From Oculina patagonica (taxonomy: Eukaryota), in NCBI RefSeq assembly GCF_052425735.1, contig NC_135758.1, positions 18,972,001 to 19,036,000 on the forward strand: a stretch of DNA of 64,000 bases, given 5' to 3'. The notes below the pieces were generated by a model that made no database searches, was not told the DNA's origin, and saw only the letters and a program-made list of their open reading frames with translations. This document shows positions 62,206 to 64,000 of the stretch, one piece after another. The translations under genes and the position numbers were made by a program. Each line of letters begins with the position of its first letter. The first letter of the stretch is position 1.

Positions 62206-63576
62206 CTAAAGATAAGAAATCGAAATTACAGAGTTATAACCCGCGAAACTGCCGTGTAAAACTTCTCTGCACAGTCTCTCTTCGATGGAAACTCAATCCC
62301 AGTCTTTAATTTATCGGCAGCAGCTCGGGAAAGGTAAAACAGCCTGGACACAAAGTTTGGGTCCAGGTAAAGTGAACTCTCGGTGCACTGTGTCAGCTGT
62401 GTCAACAGCTGCAAAAAGTTATGCAACGTTCGAATTCACAAGAACAGACACGTGCACGCATAGTGTACACGTGTACTGTTTGGCGTGAGTACATGTAATA
62501 AGCTCATTGAAGCTCAACGGAATTGCGTCACTGGTATCGCGTGATGTTTACACAGTGGTGTAAATTGTGATGAAGATTGTTTTTAGTTTGTTTGTTGAAC
62601 AGAAAAGCGCGTGATGAACTGGCCACCTCCGGCGAAACGTCGCGTGACACACATTGCGTGTTGTTCACTAATTAAAAAAAAAACCCTGTCATGCTGTTGT
62701 TAAAGTACATTATGCGCAGCATCAGCTTCTTGACGACCGCCATTTGTACAAGTTCAGGTCACCATTTTTAAATGAAGCCGTTAACCTGGTTGAAAGGGCA
62801 GGCCAAAGTGCGATTCTATGTTTATTTAGAGCGGCTGCAGCTCCCACGCACTAAAGAGATTACATAACAGAGACTGACCTCACGTTTTGTGGTCAATATC
62901 AATATTATTATGCTAAACAAAAATGTTATATACATTGACGCACTGTTATCAACGGATCAACAGTTTGAAGAAGATTAACCCTACACGTTTCACCTTGACA
63001 TAGTTCTCTGTTTTTCAGGGCATCAACGTTAATGCCCCACTCCAACAGAAAACTGATCGGGACTACTTTATCCTTGTGTAAATGGAAATATTCAAGTCAC
63101 GCATTGCACGTTATTAACATGAATGTATTATTATCAAAACACCAACAATTTAAATATATAAAATATTGATCATCATCATCGAACTCAAGTCTTATTCACA
63201 GTATTATTATGGTCTTCCTAACAGTCGCATCTTACCACAATGGCATAAAAAGACGATTCGGCAAATATAATCTCCACAACTACTGTCAGCTGTTAATAGA
63301 ACTACTCAGCATTCACGCGCGTTGGCGTTACGTGCACTTGTTCAGGCGTGCGTGTAAGACGAAACGAAAATGTGAGCACACACGTGAAATCGATGTAACA
63401 TAACTATCAAGTCTTCATGCATGCAACGGGGAGTAATTAGAAACCCTTCGAAGGATAAATTACAGAAACAGGATTACGGCCCAACCGCCCAACCCTGTGT
63501 ATTCCATGTCCGGAAAGCTACAGTTGCGAAGACGACTCACGTCAACCTCCAGTGAAAATCACGAAACCACCCACTC

Positions 63577-64000
63577 ATGCAGAGCGGAACGGTGACCGAG
63601 AAAAATCGAGGCTGTTGCACAGCAAGGAAAAAGCTATGTTTGTTAGTGGTATCAGGAGCATTTCTACTTATACTAGGCACTGTGTGTTTTTGTAAGGCCA
63701 ACCAAGGGATACAATCTATTATAAACTCACAGCTTGTGATCAAACCGAGCTCTCCTATTTATGAGCAATGGAGGTCTCCTACTGTCCCTGTTCGTATGCA
63801 GTTCTTCATGTTCAATGTGGAGAATCCTTTGGAGGTAAAACAAGGAAGCCGCCCGTATGTCAGCCAGAAAGGACCTTACTGTTACAGGGTTTATCAGACC
63901 AAGAAAAACATCACCTGGAACAAGAATTACACGGTTTCCTATAACAAGTTTACCAAGTATGTCTTTGACTCCGATTGTTCTTGTTCCTCGTGTGATCCGT
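63577..64000 (+). CDS. CD36/scavenger receptor class B (LIMP-2/SCARB-like), 5' part, runs off the window
   Basis: Absent from the ORF track because no stop codon occurs in the window. ATG at 63577 gives MQSGTVTEKNRGCCTARKK, then a TM segment (LCLLVVSGAFLLILGTVCF), then QLVIKPSSPIYEQWRSPTVPVRMQFFMFNVENPLEVKQGSRPYVSQKGPYCYR...KKNITW...TVSY...YVFD, the CD36-family N-terminal signature. Confidence 0.9.
   Translation, partial: MQSGTVTEKNRGCCTARKKLCLLVVSGAFLLILGTVCFCKANQGIQSIINSQLVIKPSSPIYEQWRSPTVPVRMQFFMFNVENPLEVKQGSRPYVSQKGPYCYRVYQTKKNITWNKNYTVSYNKFTKYVFDSDCSCSSCDP

Noticed and set aside
62226-63540. Additional CLC exons
   Set aside because: No minus-strand segment encodes a CBS1-like sequence ending in a phase-2 donor.

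Overview
Eukaryotic genomic DNA, AT-rich, with GT-AG introns and a high density of transposons. The gene families and repeat types suggest a cnidarian, probably a stony coral (inference, not a database result). Genes from left to right: a disrupted, intronless sulfotransferase-fold (BCAT-like N-terminal domain) pseudogene (4685-5441, +); an intronless TRIM-NHL E3 ligase (8745-10946, +); a 2-exon mTERF gene (-); two tandem secreted-protein paralogues with a nearly identical mature-domain exon but unrelated signal-peptide exons (25535-27912 and 29540-32025); a 15-exon secreted protein with 14 TSP1 repeats and one EGF-like domain (37501-54036); a 3-exon TSP1/EGF/TSP1/WSC-like paralogue (54857-57695); the 3' (CBS-domain) exons of a CLC channel/antiporter (-); and the start of a so-far intronless CD36/SCARB-family gene apparently nested antisense in a CLC intron. 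Mobile DNA includes an intact CR1/L2-group LINE ORF, a nearly intact L1/Tx1 ORF2, Penelope, Crypton and hAT remnants, and many MITEs with readable TIRs/TSDs. The least explained features are (a) a 2.7-kb non-coding modular insert between two 657-bp near-identical direct repeats, and (b) a short candidate structured-RNA motif it shares with the region upstream of the L1/Tx1 ORF2.
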